Positions 16,595-27,280 of a stretch of 64,000 nt of DNA are shown piece by piece (position 1 is the first letter of the stretch; every line of letters starts with the position of its first letter). The notes beneath the pieces were generated by a model. That model saw only the letters and a program-made list of their open reading frames with translations. It was not told the origin of the DNA and did no database searches. This DNA is from Candidatus Saccharimonadota bacterium. GTDB lineage: Bacteria > Patescibacteriota > Saccharimonadia > Saccharimonadales > Saccharimonadaceae. The position numbers were made by a program, and so were the translations under genes. The stretch is from contig JAFUBM010000005.1 in the NCBI GenBank assembly GCA_017460225.1, forward strand, positions 12,284 to 76,283, given 5' to 3'.

Positions 16595-18018
16595 TACTTG
16601 GCTCCTTCGTGAGCAAAGACAACTTTGACGGTGCGAAGGAGGATTTGGAAGTCGAGAGCAAGTGACCAGTTTTTGATGTAATAGAGGTCGAGCGAACGAC
16701 GCTCTTCAAAAGAGATGTTGCGACGGCCGGAGACTTGGGCGAGGCCGGTGAGACCGGACTTGACCGTAAGGAGAAGCGAGCGGTCGCCGTATTTCTTCAG
16801 TTCCCCGGGGACGAGGGCGCGTGGGCCGACAAGGGAGATATCGCCGCGGACGACGTTCCAGAGCTGAGGCAGCTCGTCGAGGGAAGTGCGGCGGAGAAAG
16901 GCGCCGAGCTTGGTGATGCGAGGGTCTTGCTCGAGATAGTCGCCGTTTTTGCGGTATTTTTTAATCAGCTCCGGATGCCCCATCTTCTTAAAAGCTTCCT
17001 CGGGAGAAAGCCCGGAATACTCCGGCTTCATGGAGCGGAACTTGTAGATTTTGACCTTGCGGTTAAACTGGGACAGGCGAGTAGAGGCGTAGATCGCGGG
17101 GTGGCGCAGACCGGAAAACTTGACCACGAGCCAAATCAACACCATCGGCAGCAGGGCGAGAAGAAAGAGAAGACCGCCGAGAAAGAGATCAAAGAACCGT
17201 TTGAGATATTTGCTGTTGCCAAGAAGTGGCGTGGCGGAGACGCGGATGGCGGGAGTGTTACCAACGAGCTCGAGTTCCCCGAGCTGGGAAGAGAGGGAGG
17301 TCTCCGACGGGACGAAATAATAGAGCAAGTGGCGGTCGATTGACTGCTTGTAGACGTATTCGGTCTGACGCTCGTCGGTCTGGAAGATGACGTCGGGCTT
17401 GGCCTTTTTGAGGGCGTCTTTAAGCGAGGGGTATTGTTTGGGCAAAAGGTCATGCGGAAAATAGCGGCGCGAGGCGACGATGCCAACGAGCTGATAGCCG
17501 GACTCGGGAGTAGCGGAGATAAAATCAGCTAAATAATCGGTGTTAGGATTGTTGCCGATGATGACAGCGCGAAGCGTGCCGCGATTCTTGCGGAAGAGAT
17601 GGTCTCGGAGGGCGCGGAAAAGCGTGCGGTTCAAAACGAGGAAGAGGAAACAAAAGGCAAGAGACAGAAGCGCAACCGTGCGTACCGGGAAAAGGTCCGA
17701 GCGGAGGAAAAAGTCGACCGAAATAATCGACATAGTGCCAACGAGTGAAGCGACGAAAAGGCGACCAATCTCCTTGGCGCGAGCGTGGCGAGCCAAGATA
17801 GACTTAGAGTAGAGGCCAAGCGAGGCGAGGACAAGTAGCCAAATCGGAATCAAGAGAGCAATCTCTAAGACGAAACCCCAGATGTCCGACTCAAAGAAGA
17901 AGGGGCGAGAGTCGAGATGCGTCCGAAAATAATAGGCGGCGCCAAAGGAAAACAGAATGGCAAAAATGTCACCAAAGATAAGGACTAGTCTAGGGAGAAA
18001 AGTCGAGTCTTTCTGCAT
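16594..18018 (-). CDS. Undecaprenyl-phosphate sugar-1-phosphate transferase (WcaJ/WbaP/CpsE family)
   Basis: YKFRSM, DPRITKLGAFLRRTSLDELPQLWNV, GPRA, KSGLTGLAQV. Start moved to 18018. Confidence 0.92.
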   Translation of the reverse strand: MQKDSTFLPRLVLIFGDIFAILFSFGAAYYFRTHLDSRPFFFESDIWGFVLEIALLIPIWLLVLASLGLYSKSILARHARAKEIGRLFVASLVGTMSIISVDFFLRSDLFPVRTVALLSLAFCFLFLVLNRTLFRALRDHLFRKNRGTLRAVIIGNNPNTDYLADFISATPESGYQLVGIVASRRYFPHDLLPKQYPSLKDALKKAKPDVIFQTDERQTEYVYKQSIDRHLLYYFVPSETSLSSQLGELELVGNTPAIRVSATPLLGNSKYLKRFFDLFLGGLLFLLALLPMVLIWLVVKFSGLRHPAIYASTRLSQFNRKVKIYKFRSMKPEYSGLSPEEAFKKMGHPELIKKYRKNGDYLEQDPRITKLGAFLRRTSLDELPQLWNVVRGDISLVGPRALVPGELKKYGDRSLLLTVKSGLTGLAQVSGRRNISFEERRSLDLYYIKNWSLALDFQILLRTVKVVFAHEGAK

Positions 18019-18068
18019 ATATGTTACAATTATACCATATATATTATATATACATAAGGAGGAGCGGG

Positions 18069-19073
18069 ATGCGGATTCTACTAACGGGCGGGACAGGCTA
18101 TATTGGATCACACACGGCGGTAGAGATGATACGTGCGGGATATGAAGTTGAACTATTGGACAATTTGGCAAACTCAAAAATTACGGTATTAGACCAGGTT
18201 GAAAAAATTACAGGAGTGCGCCCAAAGTTTTATGAAGTGGATTTGTGCGACAGAGCAAAGACCTTAGCGGTGTTTAGGGCGGGTAAGTTTGATGCGGTAA
18301 TGCACTTTGCGGGACTGAAAGCGGTGGCGGAGAGCGTGGAGCAGCCCCTCAGGTATTATGAGAACAATATCGGGAGCACCCTTTCCCTGCTGGAAGCGAT
18401 GAAAGAAACGGGAGTAGGGCGAATCATCTTCTCTTCTTCGGCCACGGTCTACGGCGACCAAGACCCTGGCGAGACCGGATTCTCCGAAACGGCTCAAACG
18501 GGAGCGGGGATTACAAACCCGTATGGCTGGACAAAAATGATGATTGAGCAGATTTTGCGTGACTATGCAAAGGCGGAGAAGGGTACGAGCGTAACGTTGC
18601 TGAGATACTTCAATCCGGTAGGAGCGGACACGTCGGGGCTGATTGGCGAAGACCCAAACGGGATTCCGAACAATTTGATGCCTGTGGTGATGAAAGTGTA
18701 TCGCGGGGAGATACCGGAGTTGACGATTTTTGGTGATGATTACGAGACGAGAGACGGGAGCTGCGAACGGGACTTTATCCATGTGACGGATCTAGCAAAT
18801 GGACACATCAAGGCGCTGGAAAATCAGCGGCCGGGCGTGGCGGTGTATAATCTCGGAACCGGCAAGCCGACTTCGGTGTTTGAGATTGTGGGAGCGTTTG
18901 AAAAAGTGGCGGGCAAAAAGTTGTCGAGCAAAATTGGCGAGAGACGAGCGGGCGACCTGGCAAGATTGTTCGCCAACCCAAGTCTGGCGGAGAAAGAATT
19001 GGGCTGGAAAGCCGAGCGAGACGTAGAGACGGCGGTGCGGGACACACTGAGATATTTGCGTAATTTGAAGTAA
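18069..19073 (+). CDS. galE: UDP-glucose 4-epimerase
   Basis: TGGTGYIGSHT, FSSSATVYG, YGWTK, LRYFNP, RDFIHV; SD AGGAGG before ATG 18069. Confidence 0.95.
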   Translation: MRILLTGGTGYIGSHTAVEMIRAGYEVELLDNLANSKITVLDQVEKITGVRPKFYEVDLCDRAKTLAVFRAGKFDAVMHFAGLKAVAESVEQPLRYYENNIGSTLSLLEAMKETGVGRIIFSSSATVYGDQDPGETGFSETAQTGAGITNPYGWTKMMIEQILRDYAKAEKGTSVTLLRYFNPVGADTSGLIGEDPNGIPNNLMPVVMKVYRGEIPELTIFGDDYETRDGSCERDFIHVTDLANGHIKALENQRPGVAVYNLGTGKPTSVFEIVGAFEKVAGKKLSSKIGERRAGDLARLFANPSLAEKELGWKAERDVETAVRDTLRYLRNLK

Positions 19074-19096
19074 ATTATGGTAAAATAAGGTATAAG

Positions 19097-20026
19097 ATGA
19101 GTAAAATTGCGGTTTTAATCCCCTGTTATAACGAAGCTAAGACTATTGAACGCGTAGTCAAGGATTATAAGAAAGCTTTACCTAAAGCGGAGATCTACGT
19201 CTACGATAATAATTCGACGGACGGGACTGGAGACTTGGCAGAAAAGGCAGGCGCGATAGTTAAAGTAGAGCGCAAGCAGGGCAAAGGAAATGTGGTAAGG
19301 AGTATGTTTAGGGACATTGAGGCGGATTGTTACTTGATGATTGACGGTGACGGAACGTACCCAGCCGACGCCGCAAAAGAAATGTGTCAGCGAGTGCTGG
19401 AAAATGGCGCCGATATGGTAGTGGGGGATCGGCTGTCTTCGACTTATTTCCAGGAAAACAAACGGCCGTTCCATAATTTTGGCAACCGTTTAGTGAGGGG
19501 CTTGATAAACTTCATCTTCCGGAGCAATATTCGAGACATTATGACCGGCTACCGGGCTTTTTCTCGGGATTTTGTGAAGACTTTTCCAGTACTCTCAAAA
19601 GGGTTTGAAATTGAGACCGAGATGACGATTCATGCGTTGGACAAAAACTTCTACATCGAAGAGATGCCCGTCAACTACAAAGACCGCGAGGCGGGGAGTG
19701 AATCGAAGCTAAACACGTTCTCGGACGGGTTTAAGGTCTTGATGACGATTGCGAGATTGTTTGAGGAATACCGCCCGATGCTGTTCTTTGGACTGTTTGG
19801 GCTGGTCTTTTTCGTCTTGTCGCTGGCGTTTGGAATACCGGTGTTTAGAGATTACTTTGAGACGGGACTAGTCGAACGATTCCCTACTTTGATTTTTGCC
19901 GGATTCTTGCTGATGATATCGGCGTTCTCGTTTGTATGCGGTATCATCTTAAAGGTGGTAGTGCAAAAACATCGCCAGATGTTTGAACTGTTTTTAATCA
20001 ACACGACTAAACGCGGAGAGAAATAA
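19097..20026 (+). CDS. GT2 polyprenyl-phosphate glycosyltransferase (DPM1-like) with two C-terminal TMs
   Basis: IPCYNE, DNNSTD, DGDGTY, DIMTGYRAF, GFEIETEM. Confidence 0.85.
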   Translation: MSKIAVLIPCYNEAKTIERVVKDYKKALPKAEIYVYDNNSTDGTGDLAEKAGAIVKVERKQGKGNVVRSMFRDIEADCYLMIDGDGTYPADAAKEMCQRVLENGADMVVGDRLSSTYFQENKRPFHNFGNRLVRGLINFIFRSNIRDIMTGYRAFSRDFVKTFPVLSKGFEIETEMTIHALDKNFYIEEMPVNYKDREAGSESKLNTFSDGFKVLMTIARLFEEYRPMLFFGLFGLVFFVLSLAFGIPVFRDYFETGLVERFPTLIFAGFLLMISAFSFVCGIILKVVVQKHRQMFELFLINTTKRGEK

Positions 20027-20838
20027 TGAACATTCCAAACGTACTTTATCGGAACAACCGGATTTTGTTAAAAGAGCTGACGAAGACGGATTTTAAGCTG
20101 AGATACCAAGGCTCGATGCTGGGGTATCTTTGGGCGCTACTCAGACCCTTGATGATGTTCGCGATTCTTTACGTGGTCTTTGCGAAGTTGCTGAGATTTG
20201 GGAGCGACATCCCACACTACCCAGTATATCTTTTGACCGGGACGGTGCTATGGAGCTTCTTTACGGAGTGCACGAGCCAGGGGATTCAGGCGATAGTACA
20301 ACGGGGGGATTTGATTCGGAAGATTGCTTTCCCGAAATATATCGTGGTAGCATCGACGACATTTACGGCGCTGATCAACCTGGCGATCAACCTGGCGGTG
20401 GTGGTGATTTTTGCGCTAATCAACGGGGTGACGCCGAGTCTGACGTGGCTACTGGTACCGGTGTTCATCTTTGAACTTTACTGCCTGGCGCTGGGGATCT
20501 CTTTCCTGTTTGGTGCCATCAACGTACGGTTTAGGGACATTGCGTCGATCTGGGAAGTGTTGATTCAAGCGCTGTTTTATGCGATACCGATTATTTACCC
20601 GATTACGATGGTGGCTAATTCTAGCACACTGGCAGCAAAAATCATTTTGCTCAACCCGATCGCGCAAGTGATTCAGGACGTGAGGTACAATCTCATCACC
20701 ACTGAGACGGTGACGACCTGGAACTTTTTGGAAAGTCCGGTAGCGATGGCGGTGCCGATTGTGATTGCTGGCGCGATGCTAGTGGTTGGGGCGATTTATT
20801 TCCGGAAACAGTCTAAGTTCTTTGCGGAGGAAATCTGA
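20026..20838 (+). CDS. wzm: Polysaccharide ABC transporter permease
   Basis: TDFKLRYQGSMLGYLW, FRDIASIW, NPIAQVI. Confidence 0.9.
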   Translation: MNIPNVLYRNNRILLKELTKTDFKLRYQGSMLGYLWALLRPLMMFAILYVVFAKLLRFGSDIPHYPVYLLTGTVLWSFFTECTSQGIQAIVQRGDLIRKIAFPKYIVVASTTFTALINLAINLAVVVIFALINGVTPSLTWLLVPVFIFELYCLALGISFLFGAINVRFRDIASIWEVLIQALFYAIPIIYPITMVANSSTLAAKIILLNPIAQVIQDVRYNLITTETVTTWNFLESPVAMAVPIVIAGAMLVVGAIYFRKQSKFFAEEI

Positions 20839-21614
20839 TGAAACGAAAAATTGGCGTGCGACGCGAAGTGCGCACCGAGAGCGAAAACGCTATCGAAGTA
20901 AAAAACCTACACAAGAGCTTCCGGTTGCCAACCGAGAAAGCTTGGGGGCTAAAGCAAGCTATCTTTAACCGGCTGCGCGGGATCAAGGGTTACAAAGACC
21001 AAAAGGTGCTCAAAGGACTAGACTTTACCATCAAAAAAGGCGAGTTTATCGGCATCGTGGGACGGAACGGAAGCGGTAAGTCGACACTGCTGAAGATTCT
21101 GGCCGGAATCTACTATCCGGAAAAGGGCGAAGTGATCGTCAATGGGAGTTTGATTCCCTTTATTGAGCTGGGTGTAGGGTTTAACCCGGAGCTGACCGGG
21201 CGAGAGAATGTATATTTGAACGGGGCGCTGCTTGGCTTCTCGAACAAAGAGATGGGCGAAATGTATGATGACATCTGGAAGTTTGCCGAGCTGGAACAAT
21301 TCCAGGACCAGAAGCTAAAAAATTATTCGAGCGGGATGCAGGTACGCCTGGCGTTTTCGATCGCGATTCGAGCGAGAGGAGACATCCTTGTGCTTGACGA
21401 AGTCCTGGCGGTGGGTGATGCGGCGTTTCAGCAGAAATGCAACGACTACTTTGAATCGCTTAAAGAACATGGACAGACGATTATCTTAGTGACGCACTCA
21501 ATGGAAAACGTGCGGAAGTTTTGTACACGGGCAATTATGATTGAGGACGGGAAAATCGTCCACGACGGCGAACCGGAAAAAGTAGCGGAAGATTATCTGA
21601 AATTGTTCAAATAA
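20838..21614 (+). CDS. wzt: Polysaccharide ABC transporter ATPase (no C-terminal carbohydrate-binding domain)
   Basis: GRNGSGKST, YSSGMQVRLAF, DEVLAVGD; 258 aa. Confidence 0.92.
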   Translation: MKRKIGVRREVRTESENAIEVKNLHKSFRLPTEKAWGLKQAIFNRLRGIKGYKDQKVLKGLDFTIKKGEFIGIVGRNGSGKSTLLKILAGIYYPEKGEVIVNGSLIPFIELGVGFNPELTGRENVYLNGALLGFSNKEMGEMYDDIWKFAELEQFQDQKLKNYSSGMQVRLAFSIAIRARGDILVLDEVLAVGDAAFQQKCNDYFESLKEHGQTIILVTHSMENVRKFCTRAIMIEDGKIVHDGEPEKVAEDYLKLFK

Positions 21615-21645
21615 AAATAACCCCGGGAGACCGGGGATATTTTTT
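21613..21645. terminator. Bidirectional terminator
   Basis: CCCCGG-GAGA-CCGGGG stem flanked by A and T tracts. Confidence 0.8.
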
Positions 21646-22546
21646 AGGCGGGGTGGTAGTCGCCGCGTGCCTTGAGGTAGCGAGTGAGGGCGTCTTGCCA
21701 AGACGGAAGCGGAGTGAAGCCTTGCTCTACTAGCTTAGACTTGTCGAGGCGAGAGTTGAACGGACGCTTGGCGACGGATTCACCATATTCGGCGGTAGTA
21801 ACCGGAGTAACTTTGACCGATAGACCGGCTTGGCGGAAAATCTCTTTGGCGAAGTCGGCCCAGGAGATGTAGCCGCCCTCGTTGGTGGCGTGATAAAAAC
21901 CATACTGCTCAGACTCAATCATATCGGCGAGAAGCCGAGAGAGGTCGGGACAGTACGTAGGCGTGCCGATTTGGTCGGAAACGACGCGAAGCTCGGGATG
22001 AGTGGCGCCGACTTTTAGCATGGTGTCGACAAAGTTTTTGCCGTTTTGACCGAAGACCCAGGCGATGCGGACGATGAAAAACTTATCTAGGAGCTCAGCA
22101 ACGGCTTGTTCCCCGCCGAGCTTGGTCTGGCCGTAGAAGTTTTGTGGGGCAAAAGATTTGTCGTCCGGACGCCACGGCGTGGTGCCTTGGCCGTCGAAGA
22201 CGTAGTCTGTGGAAATGTAAAGGAACTTAGCGCCGAGAGACTTGGCGGCGGCGGCGAGATAGCGCGTGCCGGAGACGTTAATTTTCTCGACGAGCGGCTG
22301 GACCTGCGGATCTTCGGCGCCGTCGACGTTGGTCCAGGCGGCGCAGTGGATGATGGCGTCGGGCTGAAGCTCGGAGAGGACGGATTTGGTCTTGGCTTCG
22401 TCGGTAATGTCGAGAGCGACAACGGGAAATTCGCCAGTACCCTCTCCGGAACGGTCGGAGCCGATGGCGTCGTGACCACGGCGAATTAACTCAAGAACGA
22501 CATCGTGGCCGAGTTGGCCGGAAGCGCCAGTAACAAAAACTTTCAT
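21644..22546 (-). CDS. rmlD: dTDP-4-dehydrorhamnose reductase
   Basis: TGASGQLG, CAAWTNVD, STDYVFDG, YGQTK, DQIGTPT. Confidence 0.95.
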   Translation of the reverse strand: MKVFVTGASGQLGHDVVLELIRRGHDAIGSDRSGEGTGEFPVVALDITDEAKTKSVLSELQPDAIIHCAAWTNVDGAEDPQVQPLVEKINVSGTRYLAAAAKSLGAKFLYISTDYVFDGQGTTPWRPDDKSFAPQNFYGQTKLGGEQAVAELLDKFFIVRIAWVFGQNGKNFVDTMLKVGATHPELRVVSDQIGTPTYCPDLSRLLADMIESEQYGFYHATNEGGYISWADFAKEIFRQAGLSVKVTPVTTAEYGESVAKRPFNSRLDKSKLVEQGFTPLPSWQDALTRYLKARGDYHPA

Positions 22547-23572
22547 CTATTTTCCTCCATACATTTTTGCGTAATAATTCTGATAATCGCCGGAAATGAT
22601 TTCTTGCCACCAAGCTTCGTGAGAGAGATACCAGTCGATGGTCTTCTCGATGCCGTCGGCAAACTTGGTCTCCGGGAACCAGCCAAGCTGCTGTTTAATC
22701 TTAGTGGGGTCGATAGCGTAGCGACGATCATGACCCTTGCGGTCTGCGACAAAAGTAATCAAATCTTCGGACTTGCCGAGCTTCTTCAAGATGAGTTTGA
22801 CGATATCGAGATTGGCCATTTCGTTGTGGCCGCCAACGTTGTAGACTTCGCCAAGGCGGTCGTCGTGGATAATCAAGTCGATGGCTTTACAGTGGTCTTC
22901 AACATAGAGCCAGTCACGAACGTTGAGACCATCGCCGTAGACCGGGAGGGGCTGGTCGTGGAGGGCGTTGATAATCATCAGAGGGATGAGCTTCTCTGGG
23001 AAATGATAGGGACCGTAGTTGTTGGAGCAGCGAGAAATCGTGACGGGGAGCTGGTAGGTGCGGTGGTAGGCGAGGACGAGCAGATCGGCGCCGGCCTTGG
23101 AGGCGGAGTAGGGGGAGGAGGCGTGAATCGGAGTACTTTCAGTAAAGAAGAGGTCGGGACGGTCGAGCGGCAGGTCGCCATAGACTTCATCGGTGGAGAC
23201 TTGGTGGAAGCGCGGGATTTCTAGCTCGCGGCAAAGATCCATCAAGGTCTGAGTACCCTTGATGTTGGTGTCGACGAAGATGCCGGGAGTTTTGATCGAG
23301 CGGTCGACATGGGACTCGGCGGCGAAGTTGACGACGATGTCGGGTTTGACTTCCTTAAACAGCTTTTCGACACCGGCGCGGTCGCAGATGTTGAGCTTCT
23401 CAAAACGGAAGTTGGGGTTTTCTAAAGCCGTTTTAAGAGTTGAGAGATTGCCGGCGTAAGTTAGACAATCGACACAGACGATTTTGTAGTCGGGATGTTT
23501 GTCGAGCATATAGTAGACGAAGTTGCTACCGATAAAGCCGGCGCCGCCCGTAACAACGATAGTTTTTCCCAT
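22547..23572 (-). CDS. rmlB: dTDP-glucose 4,6-dehydratase
   Basis: TGGAGFIGSN, AESHVDRSI, STDEVYG, YSASKA, SNNYGP. Confidence 0.96.
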   Translation of the reverse strand: MGKTIVVTGGAGFIGSNFVYYMLDKHPDYKIVCVDCLTYAGNLSTLKTALENPNFRFEKLNICDRAGVEKLFKEVKPDIVVNFAAESHVDRSIKTPGIFVDTNIKGTQTLMDLCRELEIPRFHQVSTDEVYGDLPLDRPDLFFTESTPIHASSPYSASKAGADLLVLAYHRTYQLPVTISRCSNNYGPYHFPEKLIPLMIINALHDQPLPVYGDGLNVRDWLYVEDHCKAIDLIIHDDRLGEVYNVGGHNEMANLDIVKLILKKLGKSEDLITFVADRKGHDRRYAIDPTKIKQQLGWFPETKFADGIEKTIDWYLSHEAWWQEIISGDYQNYYAKMYGGK

Positions 23573-24132
23573 TAGTGTTCTCCTTTGAAGGTTATTTTGG
23601 ATTCGCTAAGCGGAAGATGATGTTGGTCTTTCTCGCTCAAGATATAGGCACAGTCAAGTTTGGGCCAGTCAACAGCGACGGAGGGGTCGTTGAAAGGCAG
23701 GCCGCCTTCGTCTTCTGGGTGATAAAATTCGTCGCACTTGTAGGCAAACTCAGCGGAATCGGAGACGACGAGAAAGCCATGGGCAAAACCACGGGGGATG
23801 AGGAGCTGTTTTTTGTTTTCTTCCGAGAGAAGAACGCCGACCCACTGGCCGTAAGTCTTGCTACTTTCGCGGAGGTCGACGGCGACGTCAAAGACCTCGC
23901 CTTTTAGGACGCGGACGAGCTTGGCCTGGGGGTGGGTCTTTTGGAAATGGAGGCCGCGGAGGACACCTTTTTTGCTGGAGGACTGGTTGTCCTGAACGAA
24001 AGTATAGTCTAGCCCGGCATCCTTAAAATCTTGGTCGGAGTAGGTCTCCATAAAGTAGCCGCGGGAGTCGCCAAAAACTTTGGGAGTGATAATGTATACA
24101 TCTTTGATTTTGGTAGGAGTGAAAGTCAACAT
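23572..24132 (-). CDS. rmlC: dTDP-4-dehydrorhamnose 3,5-epimerase
   Basis: DSRGYF, QDNQSSS, LRGLHFQ, PRGFAHGF. Confidence 0.96.
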   Translation of the reverse strand: MLTFTPTKIKDVYIITPKVFGDSRGYFMETYSDQDFKDAGLDYTFVQDNQSSSKKGVLRGLHFQKTHPQAKLVRVLKGEVFDVAVDLRESSKTYGQWVGVLLSEENKKQLLIPRGFAHGFLVVSDSAEFAYKCDEFYHPEDEGGLPFNDPSVAVDWPKLDCAYILSEKDQHHLPLSESKITFKGEH

Positions 24133-24135
24133 AGG

Positions 24136-25023
24136 CTAATCCTTGAGCTTCCCCTCGGCAACGTTTTTGAGGTGGGCGCCGTAGCTAGATTTGCCGTATT
24201 TGGCGGCGGAATCGAGAAGCTCATCTTTAGAAATCCAGCCGTTTTTGAAGGCGATTTCTTCCGGCGCGGAGATTTCGATGCCCTGGCGCTTTTGGATGAC
24301 GCGGACAAAATCTGAGGCGTCGGCGAGAGAATCCATCGTCCCGGTGTCGAGCCAGGCAAAGCCGCGGCCGAGAAGCTGGACGTCGAGAGTTTGGTCGGAG
24401 AGGTAGAGCTGGTTCAAATCCGTAATCTCGAGCTCACCGCGGGCGGAAGGCTGAATCGTTTTTGCTCTCTCCGAGACGCCGGCAGGATAGAAGTAAAGAC
24501 CGGTGACGGCGTAGTTGGACTTAGGAGTGGCGGGTTTTTCCTCAATCGAGAGAGCGTGCCAATCTTTGTCGAACTCAACAACACCAAAACGCTCCGGGTC
24601 ATCGACGTAGTAGCCAAAGACGGTGGCACGGGAGTTTGTTTCTGCATCTTTGACGGCGTCTTTTAGTGCCTGGGTAAAGCCCTCGCCGTAGAAGATGTTG
24701 TCGCCAAGTACCATGGCACAGGCGTCGGAGCCGATAAACTCTTCCCCGAGGAGGAAGGCCTGGGCGAGACCATCCGGAGAAGGCTGGACTTTGTAGCTGA
24801 GCTTAAGGCCAAACTTAGAACCATCGCCGAGAAGACGTTCGAAGTTGGGGAGGTCGGCCGGAGTAGAAATAATCAAAATCTCGCGGATGCCGGCGAGCAT
24901 AAGAGTAGAGAGGGGGTAGTAAATCATCGGCTTGTCATAGACCGGAAGCATCTGCTTTGAGGTTGCTAACGTGAGGGGGTAGAGACGGGTGCCGGAACCG
25001 CCTGCTAAAATAATTCCTTTCAT
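24136..25023 (-). CDS. rmlA: Glucose-1-phosphate thymidylyltransferase
   Basis: [39 protein letters not shown]. Confidence 0.97.
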   Translation of the reverse strand: MKGIILAGGSGTRLYPLTLATSKQMLPVYDKPMIYYPLSTLMLAGIREILIISTPADLPNFERLLGDGSKFGLKLSYKVQPSPDGLAQAFLLGEEFIGSDACAMVLGDNIFYGEGFTQALKDAVKDAETNSRATVFGYYVDDPERFGVVEFDKDWHALSIEEKPATPKSNYAVTGLYFYPAGVSERAKTIQPSARGELEITDLNQLYLSDQTLDVQLLGRGFAWLDTGTMDSLADASDFVRVIQKRQGIEISAPEEIAFKNGWISKDELLDSAAKYGKSSYGAHLKNVAEGKLKD

Positions 25024-25092
25024 AAAAACTCCTTTACCTTTAGAGATATTTTAACACAAAAACGGCTTTATAGCTATTGCTTGGGACGATGC

Positions 25093-26307
25093 TTAGTCAT
25101 AGGTGTCATAGGATTTGACGTAGAGTTTCATAATCAGATTGGTGGCCCAGTTGGGCCAGATTTTGTTAAACATAGCCCGGTCCTCTTCTTGGCGCTTGTT
25201 GTCTACAATAAACTTTTTGGTGGTGGCGCCGGCGTGGATGCGATATTTGACTAGCCGACGCGGGATGTAGAGGCTGATGCCCTTTTGGCGGGCAATTTTA
25301 AGGAAAGTGTCCCAGTCTAGACCGAACTTGAGGTCGGAGGTAAAAAGCGGAGCCCCAAGCAAGCGTTTGTTGTAGGTGACGGACGGGCAGTTGATAGTGT
25401 TGCCGAAGGCGAGCGACATAACTTTGAAAAACTTGAAGCGGGCGAAGAACTTTGACCGAGTAAACACCTTTAGGAGGCGCTTGATTTTGCTGTTTTTGTC
25501 TGGAGCGTCGGCGCCGTGTTTGTAGGGCGTATAATCTGTATTGTACATGAGGATTTTTGGGTCGTAGTTTTCTAAAATAGATCTGGCGTAGTCTGGGGCA
25601 TAGAGGTCGTCTTGGTGAGCGATAGTGACTAGCTCGGTCTTGGCTTGGTCGTAGGCGAAGTTCCAGTCGTCCTGGATGTCCGATTTTCCTTTGCGGACGC
25701 AGTATGGAATCTTGTATTTTTGAGCAAGAGATTTGATACGGTGATTAGGGGTGGAAGTGGCGATGAGATAGTTGGTTGGGACGGTTTGGCTTAATAAAGA
25801 CTTGATACAGTCCTCTAGATATTCTGATTCTTGGTAGGCGCAGATAGCAAAAGTATGGCGCTTGGCACGCTTCTTTAGCTCGGCGCGGCTTAGCTCTTTA
25901 CGTTTGCCGAAGGCCCAAAACTTGTTGAGTAAGAAATTGACCGGGACGGTGATGACTAAGTTCATAAGTGAGGCGATATAGAGCGGGATGCCGAGTTTGT
26001 TACATTCAAGCTCAATCAGGATTGCCGTGAGGATGAGTCCGGTTGAAGCATAGGACAGATAAGTTTTGAGGAGCGAGCCAAAGAGCTCGCGCTTGGTCTG
26101 AGGGCGCTTTTTAAAAACAAAGCGGGAGTTTAAGGTAAACGAGACAAGGACGCTAAGAACAAAGGCGATGGCGTTGGACAGTTGTAGATGGAGATGCAGG
26201 AGATAATAGCAAGAGTTGACGATAGCGTAGGAAGTGAAGGTGTTGACGATGCCAACGAGACCAAATTTGATAAATTGTTTGATGAGGTCTTTTGTGTCCG
26301 GTTTCAT
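25093..26307 (-). CDS. GtrA-like domain fused to a GT2 glycosyltransferase
   Basis: N-terminal FIKFGLVG...NKFWAF (GtrA); C-terminal GT2 with HQDD and LDW motifs. Confidence 0.8.
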   Translation of the reverse strand: MKPDTKDLIKQFIKFGLVGIVNTFTSYAIVNSCYYLLHLHLQLSNAIAFVLSVLVSFTLNSRFVFKKRPQTKRELFGSLLKTYLSYASTGLILTAILIELECNKLGIPLYIASLMNLVITVPVNFLLNKFWAFGKRKELSRAELKKRAKRHTFAICAYQESEYLEDCIKSLLSQTVPTNYLIATSTPNHRIKSLAQKYKIPYCVRKGKSDIQDDWNFAYDQAKTELVTIAHQDDLYAPDYARSILENYDPKILMYNTDYTPYKHGADAPDKNSKIKRLLKVFTRSKFFARFKFFKVMSLAFGNTINCPSVTYNKRLLGAPLFTSDLKFGLDWDTFLKIARQKGISLYIPRRLVKYRIHAGATTKKFIVDNKRQEEDRAMFNKIWPNWATNLIMKLYVKSYDTYD

Positions 26308-26316
26308 GGCGCGAAT

Positions 26317-27273
26317 CTACTTGTTTGATAGGACCTTCTCGATAGCGTAGCGGGGACGACGTTTGGTTTCGCTGTAAATCTTGCCGATGTACTCGCCAAT
26401 GATGCCGATGCAGAAGATTTGGAACCCACCAAAGAAGCAGACAAGGGCGATAATCGTAGTCCAGCCAGCGACGTTGCCACTAACAAAATGCCCGATGATG
26501 ACATAAATCAAGAAGATGAAGCTGGCGAGCGAGATGAGCGAGCCGAAGACGGTAATGAGACGAAGGGGGCGGACGCTAAACGACAAGATGCCTTCGAGGG
26601 CAAAGCTGAGCATTTTCTTTAGGGGGTATTTGCTTTCGCCGGCGAAGCGGGCTTTTCTTTCGTATTTGACGACGGCGGTTTGGAGTCCAATCTGGGGGAT
26701 GATGCCACGCAAAAAGAGGTTGACTTCGCTGTATTTTTCTAGCTCGTCGACGGCGCGGCGGCTCATGAGACGATAGTCGGCGTGGTTGTAGACGATGTCG
26801 ACACCGAGCCGCCGCATCAATTTGTAGAAAAGCTGCGCTGTGTGGCGTTTGAAGAAAGTGTCCTTCTTTCTTGACGACCTGACGCCGTAGACGATTTCGG
26901 CGCCGACGTTGTATGCTTCTATAAACTGATCTAGGACTTCGATGTCGTCTTGTAAATCGGCATCCATAGAAATTAGGACATCGGCGCGGGTCTTGGCGGT
27001 CATTAGCCCGGCGAGAAGAGCGTTTTGGTGGCCGCGGTTTTTGGCAAGTTTAACACCCTCGACGTAGTGATTCTTTTGGTGCAGCTTTTCGATCAGAGAC
27101 CAAGTGTGGTCTTTGGAGCCATCGTCGACATACATGATTTTGCTTTTGGGGGAAATTAGCTTCCGCTTGACCATTTGATCGAGCTTACCGGTCAATCTGT
27201 CGGTAGTTTCGGACAGGACGGGCTCTTCGTTGTAGCACGGGATGACGAGATAGAGGATGTTTTCTTTTTTCAT
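26317..27273 (-). CDS. GT2 bactoprenol glycosyltransferase (GtrB-like)
   Basis: IPCYNEE, DDGSKD, NRGHQNALLAG, DADLQDD, ADYRLMSR, RPRY; two TMs. Confidence 0.9.
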   Translation of the reverse strand: MKKENILYLVIPCYNEEPVLSETTDRLTGKLDQMVKRKLISPKSKIMYVDDGSKDHTWSLIEKLHQKNHYVEGVKLAKNRGHQNALLAGLMTAKTRADVLISMDADLQDDIEVLDQFIEAYNVGAEIVYGVRSSRKKDTFFKRHTAQLFYKLMRRLGVDIVYNHADYRLMSRRAVDELEKYSEVNLFLRGIIPQIGLQTAVVKYERKARFAGESKYPLKKMLSFALEGILSFSVRPLRLITVFGSLISLASFIFLIYVIIGHFVSGNVAGWTTIIALVCFFGGFQIFCIGIIGEYIGKIYSETKRRPRYAIEKVLSNK

Positions 27274-27280
27274 AAATCTC